From contig OX597819.1 in NCBI GenBank assembly GCA_951406725.2, positions 55,180,001 to 55,244,000 of the forward strand: DNA of 64,000 nucleotides, written 5' to 3'. A program made the position numbers and the translations under genes. Source of the stretch: Octopus vulgaris. Taxonomy: Eukaryota. This document shows, one piece after another, positions 28,151-40,798 of this stretch (position 1 is its first letter; each line of letters opens with the position of its first letter). The notes below the pieces were generated by a model that worked only from the letters and a program-made list of their open reading frames with translations, searched no databases and was not told the DNA's origin.

Positions 28151-28813
28151 CGTCCACTGTTCATTAGTTCTGACTTTGAGTCTTGCAGGGGTGGGGGGCC
28201 AGGTAGACAGTTACCTCCCTTGAAACCAGTTGTCTCATCCATTGTCCACTGGATGGCGCACGTTGTGGTGTTGCATTGTGGTAGAATTAAATCTATAGCT
28301 TTTGGATGGAGCAACCAGTGATTAGACGCATTTTCTTCCTGCTGCAATTCCAAGTAATGTAATGGTCAAACATAATCACCTCTTATTATATGAATACAAA
28401 TGCACAGAAATTGCTTTTAACTCTCTCAATACAAATACTGTTATTTTCGTGCAATGTAAAGATTAAAACGAGTTACAGCCATATTTGGAAATTCTTATCA
28501 TCTCTTTATTCTTGTATTTGGAGAATGTCTACCTTCTACATTTCAGCTTTGTTTGTTAGGAACAAAAATTCCTAAAACATCGTCCCCAGAATTTCACTGA
28601 TACTTAATTTATCAACCCCAAAAGGATGACGGGCAAAGTCAACCTCAGCGGAATTTGAACTCAGAATGTAGTGATGGGTGAAATACCACTAAGCATTTTG
28701 TCCAGCGTGTTAACAACTCTGCTAGCTCACAGCCTTTACTTATAATAATGATACTAAAAATGATGATGATGATGATGATGATGATGATGGTGATGGGATG
28801 GTGATGGTGATGG

Positions 28814-28846
<33 letters not shown>

Positions 28847-29343
28847 AACGTCCGTTGGACGGTTTTTACTGAGGGCTGGCAACCAGATGGCTGCACCAGG
28901 CTCCAGTCTTGAATAATCCTTTCTACTAAAGGCAGAAGGCCTGAAATTTTGGGAGAGGGGACAGTGTTTCACTGGTACTTAATTTATCAATCCTGAAAGG
29001 ACGAAAAACAAAGTCAACCTAGGTGGAATTTGAACTCAGAACATAGTGATGGGCAAGATACTGCTAAGCATTTCCTCCAACGTGCTAACGATTATGTTAG
29101 CTTGCCACCTTAATAATAGCAATAATAATAACAATAATAATCCTTTCTATTAAAGGCACAAGGCCTTAAATTTTGGGGGAGGAGACTAGGTGATTACATC
29201 GACCCCAGTGAGTCACCGGTACTTGATTTATTGATCCTGAAAGGATGAAAGGCAAAGTCAAATTTGAACTCAGAATGTAGAGACAGATGAAATACCACTA
29301 AGTATTTTTCCCAGCATGCTAATGATTCTGCCAGCTCACTGCC

Positions 29344-29374
<31 letters not shown>

Positions 29375-29379
29375 TAATT

Positions 29380-29806
29380 AAGGCCAACAGACCAGATATA
29401 GTTGTCAGAAACCATGAAGAAAAAAAATGCTTTCTAATTGATGTATCAGTACCGGCAGATGACAACGTGTCTCTAAAAGAAATGGAGAAACTCTCAAAAT
29501 ACAAAGACCTGGAAATAGAGGTAACTAGAATGTGGAATCTGAAAACAGAAACAATTCCTATCATAGTAGGTGCATTAGGCATGATAAAAAAATATTCAGA
29601 CAAATACATAACAAAAACACCAGGACTTACAAACACATATAACATACAGAAAATTGCACTACTAGGCACTGCACACATCCTACGCAGAACACTTTCCATA
29701 CAATAACCATCAGAGCATCACAACAAATCACAGCACATACCCAAGGCACACAGAGCTGCGCTCGGTAGTGAAGTGAAAGCACGCTATACAAATAAAAATA
29801 AAACTA

Positions 29807-29849
<43 letters not shown>

Positions 29850-29850
29850 G
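29380..29850 (+). mobile_element. 5'-truncated R4/Dong-type LINE (restriction-like endonuclease domain and 3' UTR)
   Basis: ANRPDIVV...FLIDVSVPAD...EKLSKYKDL...IPIIVGALG...IQKIALLGTAHILRR (PD..D REL motif) in an open frame; embedded in (TAA)n. Confidence 0.88.
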
Positions 29851-30479
29851 TAATATAACTGTTCCTCTAAACATGCATGAACAAACACTGCAGGACACAT
29901 ATATATATTATTTTAATTAAGAATTCTGAACAATTACTTCATTATTTTAAACGAGCTATTATTACAAAAAGGTTTGAACAGAAAATTTAATAATTCAAGA
30001 TGACATAATTTAATTAAAACTTCTAATTAAAATCCTTTTCTAAAATACCCCAACAGATTACAAATTATTCAAAAGTATTTCAGTCAACTGAACAATGAAT
30101 ATACTGTCAAGTTTAAAACAGAAAAAAAAAAAACAGAAAAAAGAAGACATTACAATTTGGTTACAGAATGAAACATGTGGTTATGGTGTAAAAATGGTAA
30201 TGATATATTTCAATGGTGTTACCATTTTTATCAGAACAATGAAAGTATCCACCAGCAAAAAGTAAATAAATAATATTAGAAACATGGCTAACCCTTTATG
30301 GAAACTTTTATTCTTTATTCTTTGGCTTATTTTTGTTTATTTATATTGTTGATATTAAGTTACATTCGTTTCAAATCACACCCCATCTGTTATTTATTTA
30401 TTTATATAGTTGAGGAAAAAGCTCTTGGTGAGTTAGTGTGTGTCTTTATATATATTATTCTGAAACAAAAATGTTGTGG

Positions 30480-30703
30480 ACAGAAAAAACATGAATTCTG
30501 TAGACAAAGTCAGAACAGTGCTGAAGAAGTATTTTTCATCATGGACAAGTGCATTTTGGATAAGGGGCCTTGTAAGTCTACCAGATAGATGGAAGAACAT
30601 TGTAGAAAATGAAGGAGAGTATATTTTAGATTAAAAAAGAACTTTATCTCAATTCTTAATAATAAAAGAAGTATAAAAACTGCATTATTTATGGAATGAC
30701 TCA

Positions 30704-30710
<7 letters not shown>
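30480..30710 (+). mobile_element. Mariner transposase C-terminal remnant
   Basis: Translates in part as FWIRGLVSLPDRWKNIVENEGEYILD*, typical of a mariner C-terminus. Confidence 0.65.
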
Positions 30711-30742
<32 letters not shown>

Positions 30743-31058
30743 CATGATCTTTGAATGTTGGGTCTCGTGGAGCCTATGACAAGTGACCAAGACCTTGGTG
30801 ATATGCTGTGCTTGAGAAGATGCATCAAGCTAAGTGAAACCATTGCCAGTGTCATGTGCATGGCACGCATGCTGGTGGCACATAAAAAGGACCCATTACA
30901 CACTTGGAATGGTTGGCATTCGGAAGGGCATCCAGCCATAGAAACTGTGCCAAATCAAATTGGAACCTGGTGCAACTCTCCAGCTTATCAGTTCCAGTCA
31001 AACTCTCTAACCCATGCCAGCATGGAAAACAGACGTTAAATGATGATGCTGTTGATGA

Positions 31059-31109
<51 letters not shown>

Positions 31110-31799
31110 CACACATGCACCACACACACACATATATATATAGTGGAAAGCCAAAGGCTTTGACTTTTTCCATCCAAAGTGTTATGAAACCAATATTTAC
31201 ATGCTGTTATTTATAGCTTTGTCTACTTTGCATACCACCATCAAAAGCAATTTATATATATATGTAAATGTATATATTATTTTAGTCATCTGATGACTAA
31301 AACAAGTAACAGATGACTTAATGACTTTAACAATACCGGGGACCCCACCTTCAAGGGTTTTTCCATTACTTGTATCAACTTCTGCTCCCCATATACATTT
31401 CATTCAAAGTTGCCTATTTCATATATAAGGGTCACTTTGACACACCAGTATACACAACTGGACTATCTGCTCATTGAATGAGCATTAAGTGGCTGAGTAT
31501 CCCACAGATATAATATACTCTTAATATGATCATCAGGCAGAGGATTGTAGCAATCCTGGAGTGCAACAAGGTTGAATATTTGAATTATGAGTACAATATC
31601 ACCAATGAACTTCCATAGTTTTGGTCTTCTTGATTTTCTAATTTCACTTCAAGGCTTCGCTGGAGCCACATGGAGCTTAGGTGTTTCGCTCATATACACA
31701 CACATTGCCGTGGTTGCAGTCAAGGACACTTGTATAAGATGCTATGCTGTAAAATTGATCCTGGAATCTCACGATATCAAATTATGTATGTATGTATGA

Positions 31800-31832
<33 letters not shown>

Positions 31833-33987
31833 TTTTGTGAGTGTGTATGTCATCATCATCATCATCATCGTTTAACGTCCGCTTTCCATACTAGCATGGG
31901 TTGGACGATTTGACTGAGGACTGGCGAACCAGATGGCTGCACCAGGCTTGAATCTGATCTGGTGGAGTTTCTACAGCTGGATGCCCTTCCTAATGCCAGC
32001 CACTCCGAGAGTGTAGTGGGTGCTTTTACGTGCCACTGGCATGAGGGTCAGTCAGGCGGTACTAGCAACTACAACTGAATGGAAATAACTATATGCATAA
32101 GTATATAATCCATCATATGGTCCAGTCCTTGTTGTGATGTGATGGCTTCTGTGCCTGTGAGACCATGAGAGGTAGACCATCACTGATCATTAAAAATATT
32201 GTGCACTCAGATAAATTTAGTGGAGGCACATGGCCTAGTGGTTAGAGCAGCGGGCTCGCGGTCAAGGGATTGTGGGTTCAAATCTTAGACAGGGCAATGT
32301 GTGTGTTTATGAGCGAAACACCTAAGCTCCACATGGCTCCGGCAGAAGGTAATGGCAAACTTCTGCTGACTCTTTTGCCACAACTTTCTCTCACTCTTTC
32401 CTCCTGCATCTTGCAGCTTACCTGCGATGGACCGGTGTGCCATCCAGGTGGGGAACCTATATGCCAAGGAAACCGGGAAACCGGCCCTTATGAGCCAGGC
32501 ATGGCTCAAGACAGAACAAATAGATAAATTTATACATTCTGCAAGAGAAATTTCAGAGCATACTGGATGACCACTACTGTTAAAACATGTCTCTAGGAGA
32601 AGGTCATTCAGATACCAATAACATATCTATAATTGAATGAAAATAATCATATGCATACATATATAATCCACCATATGGTCCAGTCCTTGAGGTGTGATGG
32701 CTTCTCGTACCCCAGTGACCATGAGACTTTTGCTTGTAAGTCAGTAGAGCACAAATTCTTGGTAGGGCTTCCCATGCTGGACAGCTCAAAGGCCAGACTA
32801 ATACAACCCCCACCTTCCCAGATATAAAAATGGGTTTGCATAGTGTTAACTTACCAAGAAAAAATGTCATGTAACAGAAGCATCAATGATAATTCAGAAC
32901 CAACCAGACCTGGTAGAGGAAGGCTTTCCTTTAGGAGGAAGACAGCCCAGGGTTAAGTACAATGGAGAAAAGTCAATAGTCTATGTTCTGGGAAGAACTA
33001 AGTGCTTAAATAAGTAAGAATGCATGTATAATGAACCGACTAAGTTGTAATCAGCTTAAAATACACAGAATAGAGTTCAGATGGCCTAAGAAAACAACTA
33101 ACAAATAATGACCTCAAATATTGTATGCAAAAGAAAAATAAATCCCAGTCTTTCTAGTCTAAGAATATTATAACCATTATAATATTAATTATAGTAATGG
33201 CATGAATAAACATATCCACCCATTTACACACAAATACAAACACATCCAGACTCATATATCCATTACAACCAACCCACAGCTAATCAATATAAGACTGAAC
33301 AAACTTTTTTTCATATGTTATTTTTATGTAATGCCCTGTAAAGAAAATTAGGGTATTCAGTACAGATTTTTAGTTTAGTCTACAAAGATCTATGTGAATA
33401 CAAAGCTAATAATAATTAGCCTATAGGTGCAAGGCCTGAAGTTTACATTGACCGCAGAGCTCGACTGGTACTTCTTTCGTCGACCACAAAAGAATGGCAA
33501 AGTTGCCCTCAGCAGTATTTGAACTCAGGACAAAATGAACTGGAAGAAATACTGCTAAGCATGTTATTCAATGAGTTGGTTGCCTTAATAATATTTCTTT
33601 CTTTATTGCCCACAGGGGACAAACAAGGACAGACAAAGGGATTAAGTTTATTACATTGATCCCAGTGTGTAACTGGTACTTAATTGACCCTGAAAGGATA
33701 AAAGACAATGTTGACCTCAGCAGAATTTGAACTCAGAACGTAACGGCAGACGAAATACCACTAGGCGTTTCACCCGGTGTGCTAATGATTCTGCCAGTTC
33801 ACTGCCCTATTGCCTTAATGATATTGATGATGATAATCTTTATCTTATTGCCACTGGGGCAATATATACTGTAACTTGTAGCCCCAGGAGGACACCTCCT
33901 CCAGCTGGTTATTGACACACTATCTTAGCTCTGGGTCAATACCAAGAAACTTGAGTGGAATTTTCAGGACATTTATAAAGAAAAGTT

Positions 33988-34037
33988 AGTGTTACAACTG
34001 TTTCTGGGATATTAAGGATATCCCTTCATCAGAGACG
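33988..34037 (-). ncRNA. Minimal type I hammerhead ribozyme motif (A1)
   Basis: gtct-CTGATGA-a-GGGATAT ccttaATATCCC-a-GAAAC-agtt-GTA-acac. Intact core and 7-bp stem II; stem I has one mismatch. Confidence 0.7.
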
Positions 34038-34292
34038 ATGTAAGATGGCTAAATTGAGCTGAAATATTAGAATTCACAGCCTTGGCTTTGTTGTCTCATT
34101 TTATTTAACACATACCTACTCATACAACACCCATATTAGACTCTTCATTCGTATCATTATCGAACTGAGAGTTTAACTACAGCCCTTCCATAGCACTTGC
34201 ATAGTGTTACCTGCCACCTTGGGTCTTCTGGATACCAATACTCCTCATATATATTATTTACATTATTTACATTTGACGGATATTTGTCCTCA

Positions 34293-34335
34293 TCAACGTT
34301 TCGGCTGATATACCCTCCAGCCTTCATCAGGTGTC
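34293..34335 (-). ncRNA. Minimal hammerhead motif (B1); 3' strand of stem I deleted
   Basis: gacac-CTGATGA-a-GGCTG gagggtatat CAGCC-GAAAC-GTT. Confidence 0.65.
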
Positions 34336-34454
34336 TTGGGGAAATTTCGAACCTGAGTTCTGGGATATTAGGGATATCCCTTCATCAGAGACAATGTGAG
34401 ATGGTTAAATAGAGGGAAATATTAGAGTTCACAGTCTTGGCTTTGTTGTCTCTA

Positions 34455-34745
34455 TATGGTGTAGTGGTTAAGACCATGGGCTACTAACCCCAAGATTCCA
34501 AGTTCGATTCCAGGCTGTGACCCGAATAATAATAATAATAATGACAACAACAACAACATCATTGAAAAATACCTTAGGAATGAGAACTCAAGTTCAAAAT
34601 TTCCCCAAGACACCTGATGAAGGCTGGAGAGGATATCAGCTGAAATGGTGTGTTAACAACAAACAAGATGAGGACAAATATCTGTCAAATGTAAATAATG
34701 TATATAATTCCTCAACCCTTAAATATAGAACTGTAATAAATAAAT
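34455..34745 (+). mobile_element. tRNA-headed SINE-like element carrying a decayed hammerhead motif (B2, 34609-34654)
   Basis: A box tggtgtagtgg, anticodon-like arm ggg-ctactaa-ccc, B box gttcgattcc, (AAT)n linker, then gacac-CTGATGA-aggctg...cagct-GAAAT-ggt-gtgtt. Confidence 0.7.
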
Positions 34746-35329
34746 ATATATATATATGTGTGCCTCCTAGTCTTGACATCAGGAGGTAGTTGTAAATGAA
34801 CATCACCTTAATACAAGTGGTGTTGTTCATCTCCAGTCTTTCATGGAAATATGCTTGAGCATGGGGAGAAAAAAAAATAACCTTGCTTGAAAACAGATAT
34901 GGGTTAGTAGCAAGGAAGGGAATCAAGTCATAGAAAATTTGCCCCAGTGAAAATCTGGCAGGCCCTTGTGAGCATAGAAAACTAGATGTTAAAATTATGA
35001 TGGTGGTGGTGGTGGTGGTGATGCTGCTGCTGATGATAATAATCCATTACCAATAAATCTGATAGATTCTATATTACTCTGTGACCATGTTGAAACACTA
35101 CCTACAAGGAATTTAGTCGATCACATCAGTCTCAACTAAAGGTGTATCACATTCTATTGATGACCCCCTCTCACCTGCTAAAATACTCTTTGAAGCGATT
35201 TGTTTTCGCAGATTCAAACTAACTTTAACTTTTTCATAATCATGCTTCTAAACAAAAGAGGTTTGCCAATTAATTTTCAAATTAGCCAAAAATCTGGAGG
35301 AATAAGAATAACTTTTAATTTATTTTCTT

Positions 35330-35690
35330 TTATTCTTTTACTTGTTTCAGCCATTAGACTGTGGCCATGCTGGGGCACCAAAAAGTTAGCTGAATGAATT
35401 GACCCCAGTATTTATTGTATTGGATTCCTTTGCTGAACTGCTAAGTCATGGGGACATAGACTCACCAACACCAGCTGTCAAACAGTGGTGAGAGACAAAC
35501 ACAGAGAGACACAAACACATACATATATGATGGGCTTCTTTCAGTTTCTATCTACCAAGTCCACTCACAAGGGTTTGGTGAGCCCAAGGCTATAGTAGAA
35601 GACACTTGCCCAAGGTGCCACACAGCAGGACTGAACCTGGAACCACGTGGTTGGGAAACAAATTTGTTACCACACAGCCACTCCAGCACT
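35330..35690 (-). mobile_element. Family A SINE (CpG-decayed)
   Basis: Aligns to the other family A copies. Confidence 0.8.
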
Positions 35691-36789
35691 TATTTCTTCA
35701 TGTATTAATCCTTTTGTTACCCTATTGCTGTTGAAATACAATGCTTTCGTTTTAATTAAGTGTGAAAGTAATGAAGAATTTAGTAAAATAACTTTGGCAT
35801 TACTAAGCTGGAGTTTGAAACATAAGTTAATTCGGAAGTTTGATGGAAAGTTTTAATTCAGATCGCTGTTAAATAGAAAGTATCATAGAACTAGGAACAG
35901 TCTGAGATGGATTAATATCAAAAAGGTATGTCTGGCATTTGGAACACAACATCAATAAAGATTCTATCGTGGTGGAAGATTTATTTATCAATATATTATG
36001 CTATCATTCTTTTAATTAGATTTCAGTTGAAATTTTAATTTAGATATAGAAAAAACATTTTTTTTTTTTGATGTGGGTAATTCGAGGCAGTTCATAAGAC
36101 ATCAGAGATAGTCTTAGATAGTATGGTATCAGAAGAGTTAAGAACCTTCTGATATAATTAGCTTTCTATTTATGATTTTCTTGCAGAAGCTAAAGATCTC
36201 AAATTTACTATGGAATTAGGATAGGAAGTTGTGCCAAGCCTTCTTTAAAAGCATTCATCATGACATAGCTGAAGTTAAATAATTACAACCTGGAATCAAA
36301 ATCAGGTTGCTGACTTGTTTTGAGGATAACATACTTCCTTACACATGTTGTTAATAGTTTAAAAGGAAGACTTTTTTTTCAAAAAAATGCAGTTCTTTTT
36401 CAAGATGTTTAATGCTTTTGATACCAAACCTCCTGAATCCATCCCTGGTTCCATGATACAAACTTCCTGGTTTAAAGAGATCTAAATTAAAAGCCTTCCA
36501 TTAAAATTTCATGTTAATTAATGTCCCAAACAGCGGTTTCATAATAACAAAGTAATTTTACTAAATTTTTTGTTATTTTCAAAATTAAGTGAAACAAAAC
36601 ATATTCAACAAAAATATGGCAAGAGAGTGAGTCCAAAAATATCCTGATGCAAAACCCAACAAATAGCTATTTTTATGATGGCCTTTGTATATAATGAGTG
36701 AATATGCAATGAAGGAGACTATGTCAAAGAAGCATAGAATAGATAAGAACTAGATTAGTGCTCAAACTAACTCAAGTTCTTAAAATCCA

Positions 36790-37615
36790 GCATGGTTAGC
36801 ATGATCTGCTGGATGTGTAATGTCAGTGTGCGCACACAACAGACTGTAAGGACCCCGAGGGAAATGTTAGACATAAGAAGCATTGGATGTGGCATGCAAG
36901 AGAGACGTTTGCATTGGTATGGTCATGTACTGCAGATGGACGAGGAGAGCTGTGTGAAGAAGTGCCACTCTCAAACAGTGGAAGGAGTCCAGAGTAGAGG
37001 GAGACCCAGGAAGACATGGGAGGAAGTGGTGAAGCATGACCTTTGAATGTTGGGCCTCACAGAGGCAATGATAAAAGACTGAGACCTCTGGAGGTATGCT
37101 GTGACTGAGAAGACCCTGCAAATAAAGTAAGTCCACAGCTGTAACCTACTTCAGCCTCACATAACCGGCCCACTCAAAAGTATCTTGGATTGTAGGGAGA
37201 CATGCTTTGCTTGAAGAGACCTATTGAGTCAAGTACATCAACATCAGCAATATCAAAATCAAATCAAATGGAAATTGTAGTTGTGAGCCCTGTGCTGGTA
37301 GCATGTAAAAAGCACCATCCAAACATGGCCGATGCCAGTGCCGCTTTGACTGGCTTCTGTACCAGTGGGACATAAAAAGCACCATCCAATCATTGTCAAT
37401 TCCAGCTCCTCTGGCCCCTGTGCCAGTGGCACGTAAAAAGCACCCACTACACACTCGGAGTGGTTAGCGTTAGGAAGGGCATCCATCTGTACAAACACTG
37501 CCAGATCAGTTAGGAAGGGCATCCAGCTGTAGAAACACTGCCAGACCCCAATCGAACAATCCAAACCATGCCAACATGGAAAACGGACGTTAAATGATGA
37601 TGATGATGATGATGT
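36790..37615 (+). mobile_element. 5'-truncated RTE-clade LINE with 3' UTR and (GAT)n tail
   Basis: MICWMCNVS...MQERRLHWYGHVLQMDE...VEGVQSRGRPRKTWEEVVKHDL is a typical RTE C-terminus. Confidence 0.88.
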
Positions 37616-37764
37616 TATCATGAGAGTAGACGTCCAATGGAGCCAGAGTTGGCTATAAGCATTGCACAGGTTGAGCTGATGAAAATAAGACAAAAGATGG
37701 AAAGCAGTTGTTTATGGTATTAGAACATTTACAAATAAGTTACACAAATATAAATATATGATAT

Positions 37765-37934
37765 AGGTGCAGGAGTGGCTGTGTGGTAAGTAGCTTGCTT
37801 ACCAACCACATGGTTCTGGGTTCAGTCCCACTGCAGGGCACCTTGAGCAAGTGTCTTCTACTATAGCCCCAAGCCAACTGAAACCTTGTGAGTGGATTTG
37901 GTAGACGGAAACTAAAAGAAGCCTGTCGTATATA

Positions 37935-37999
<65 letters not shown>

Positions 38000-38200
38000 T
38001 TGTGTGTCTGTGTTTGTCCCCTCACCATTGCTTGACAACCAATGTTGGTGTATTTATGTCCCTGTAACTTAGCAGTTTGGCAAAAGAGACCGATAGAATA
38101 AATACTCGGCTTACAAAAAGTAAGTCCTATGGTCAATTTGTTTGACTAAAGGCACTGCTCCAGCATAGCCACAGTGAAATGACTGAAACAAATAAAAGAA
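37765..38200 (+). mobile_element. Family A SINE, full length
   Basis: Head ggtgcaggagtggctgtgtgg through tail tgaaacaaataaaaga, with internal (TG)n. Confidence 0.85.
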
Positions 38201-38779
38201 TAATCTTTCAAAATAAATATATGGCTGTTACAAAAGTGAATATATAATTGAGAAGAAAGAAGGTAATCAATGTTAGTACTTTACAGCTGCTTCAGGAATG
38301 TGGTGACAAACTGATGTAATGATGTGCATTTTAAGTACATAAAGATGCATTGAAAGATATCAAAAAAATAAAAATTGGTATTAACATCTAAATATGATAT
38401 ATAAGTCAATTCAAACTATAATTGTAGCATCTCTGGAACCTCTTCTTCAGAGAGAAGATAATTAATGAATATATTAACTAAAAGGAAAAAAACCAAGAAG
38501 AAGCTACAAAAACTCATCCCATAAAAGAGATGTTGATACATTTTCTGTATCAACAGACGCATGAGCTTGTGCTAGCATTTAATAAAACTAGTCTGTTAGC
38601 AAATTCTAGGGTCCTGTCATAAAAGGAAATAATTAAATAACATTGTTTTAAAAGGAGCCTATATTGCTGATGTGTTCTATAGGAAGTCCAAAGAACCTGA
38701 ATCACATTTCATAAATATAAAGAAATTAAATAATTTCAAGATGAACTTTTGAAATGTATTTTTTTTTTACATATTGAGA

Positions 38780-39700
38780 CTGGAGGAAGGGGCAGCTCCA
38801 TGACTTTTGCAGGCTCTCTGATTCCAGTGAACTTGATGCTGTTAATGTTCTATTAAAATGGTTGGAGGTCAGTACCTTCAGGAAGACATAAGCAGGGAGA
38901 AGGTTCCTGAGGGTCAATATTCTGAGGAGAAGGGACAAGGCATAGAAGGTTAATGCAGATCAAGGAAGGAGTGGGCGAGGTTGTGTTGATGTAGTGATGG
39001 TAATGAAAGGTAGAAAGATAAATAGGACGAGGATACCTGAGGAATAGAAGTATTAGATCGCCCAACTCTGAAGAACAGAGGAAATTGTAGCAACAATAGA
39101 AAAGGCAGGGAGAAGAGACTGTACACTTGGAGGTCAGAGGCTGGGGCATGTCTGTTAGTGATTGAATGTCAATCAGTCAAGTGGTCCTTCTCTGGATATA
39201 GTCCAAGAAGTCTGTGTGAGGCACAGTACTCTACTGTAGGGTTCATTAGAGTCTTGTAAGATTGTCAGCAGCTGTTGGGGACTGAAATATTTTCTAGTTC
39301 TAAAAAGAAGAACCAGCTTTTGGAATGAAGTCCAAGCTATGCTAAGTTTGGCAAAAGAGACCGATAGAATAAATACTCGGCTTACAAAGAATAAGTCCTG
39401 TGGTTGATTTGTTTGACTAAAGGCAGTGCTCCAGCATAGCCACAGTGAAATGACTGAGACAAATAAAAGAATAATCTTTCAAAATAAATATATGGCTGTT
39501 ACAAAAGTGAATATATAATTGAGAAGAAAGAAGGTAATCAATGTTAGTACTTTACAGCTGTTTCAGGAATGTGGTGACAAACTGATGTAATAATGTGCAT
39601 TTTAAGTACATAAAGATGCATCGAAAGATGTGCTTTTACCAGGCAGGAGAGATCTTTAGAGATTGTGAGGTCTAACATTTGAAGTGACTGTGAGGGTCCA
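38780..39700 (-). mobile_element. Degraded CR1/Jockey-group LINE RT C-terminus, interrupted by a local duplicate
   Basis: Fragments SLQMLDLTISKDLS, QKLVLLFRTRKYFSPQQLLT, LLDYIQRR and QPL...LFY...CSSEL. Confidence 0.65.
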
Positions 39701-40049
39701 ACAACTAAACTTGGCACTCTGTCAACAATAAGCGTTCCAGTTGATCCAATCAATGGAACAGCCTGCTCATGAAATTAACATGCAACTGGCTGAGTACTCC
39801 ACAGACATATATATACCCTTAACAAAGATCTTCTGCAGCACTAACAAATGTACTTTAGTAGATATTCTCATAATAATAATAATAAAAACTCAATGGAAAC
39901 GTTGAAATGAAGCAAAAAAAAAACAAAAGCATTTTTGGTTTTAACAACTTTTTTATTTTTATTTAAAAAAATTATTGTCAGTGGAAACACAACTGTTAAA
40001 AATATAAAACAGATAATGAAAACCAGAAATTATGTGTACCTATCTGAAA

Positions 40050-40123
<74 letters not shown>

Positions 40124-40684
40124 CTTTTCTACTTCCAGCACTTTACATTCTGAGTTCCATCTTTTCAGGGTCAGTAAAATAAAGCACTAGTCAAATATTG
40201 GAATTGACAGTATCAATTACTCACCCACCACCTTCATCATTGCTGGCTCTTTACCTAAGCTAGAAACAGTGGTGGCAGTAGTAGTAGTAGTAGTAGTAGA
40301 AGTAGTGTAATTTATTAACTATTTCATTTCCAAGTTTAAATGAATTTCTTAAAATGAGTCAATACATGATTTTATGATTCTAATATTATATATATATATA
40401 TATACATATAATTTGCAGAAATATATGTATATATTTTCAACTATAAAGATAGCTTACAAAAAAAAATAAAATAAGGATTACATTTTCAGAAGGTTTCATT
40501 ATATCAATTTCATCCCTATTGCTATCTAAAATTCACTTCTTTGCAAATACACCAAACATACAGCAAAAAGCCATAAATCATTTAGTGTAGAGCAGTCACA
40601 GAAAGAAACCAGTATCTACGAAGTAAAAAGTGTAACTTGTTTCATATATCATGCCATGGGTAGCAGATAATTATGCTAAGCACA

Positions 40685-40690
40685 TTTATT
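40685..40690 (-). promoter_or_regulatory. Candidate COX11 polyadenylation signal (AATAAA)
   Basis: First AATAAA on the minus strand, about 110 nt after the stop codon. AT-rich context, so use is unproven. Confidence 0.4.
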
Positions 40691-40798
40691 TCTCATATAC
40701 TGTAATATAAACCATAATCAAAACAACATCGTAAATAACATAAGTACAGTTGGCAGAAACTCACTGCCAAAGGTGGTATGCATAATGGAAGTGTACTT

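Noticed and set aside
31280-31302. Palindrome ttttagtcatc-t-gatgactaaaa containing CTGATGA
   Set aside because: Short AT-rich palindrome without the remaining ribozyme elements.
34455-34522. Possible tRNA-Ser gene
   Set aside because: No intact acceptor stem or terminator; it continues into repeat sequence, so it is a SINE head.
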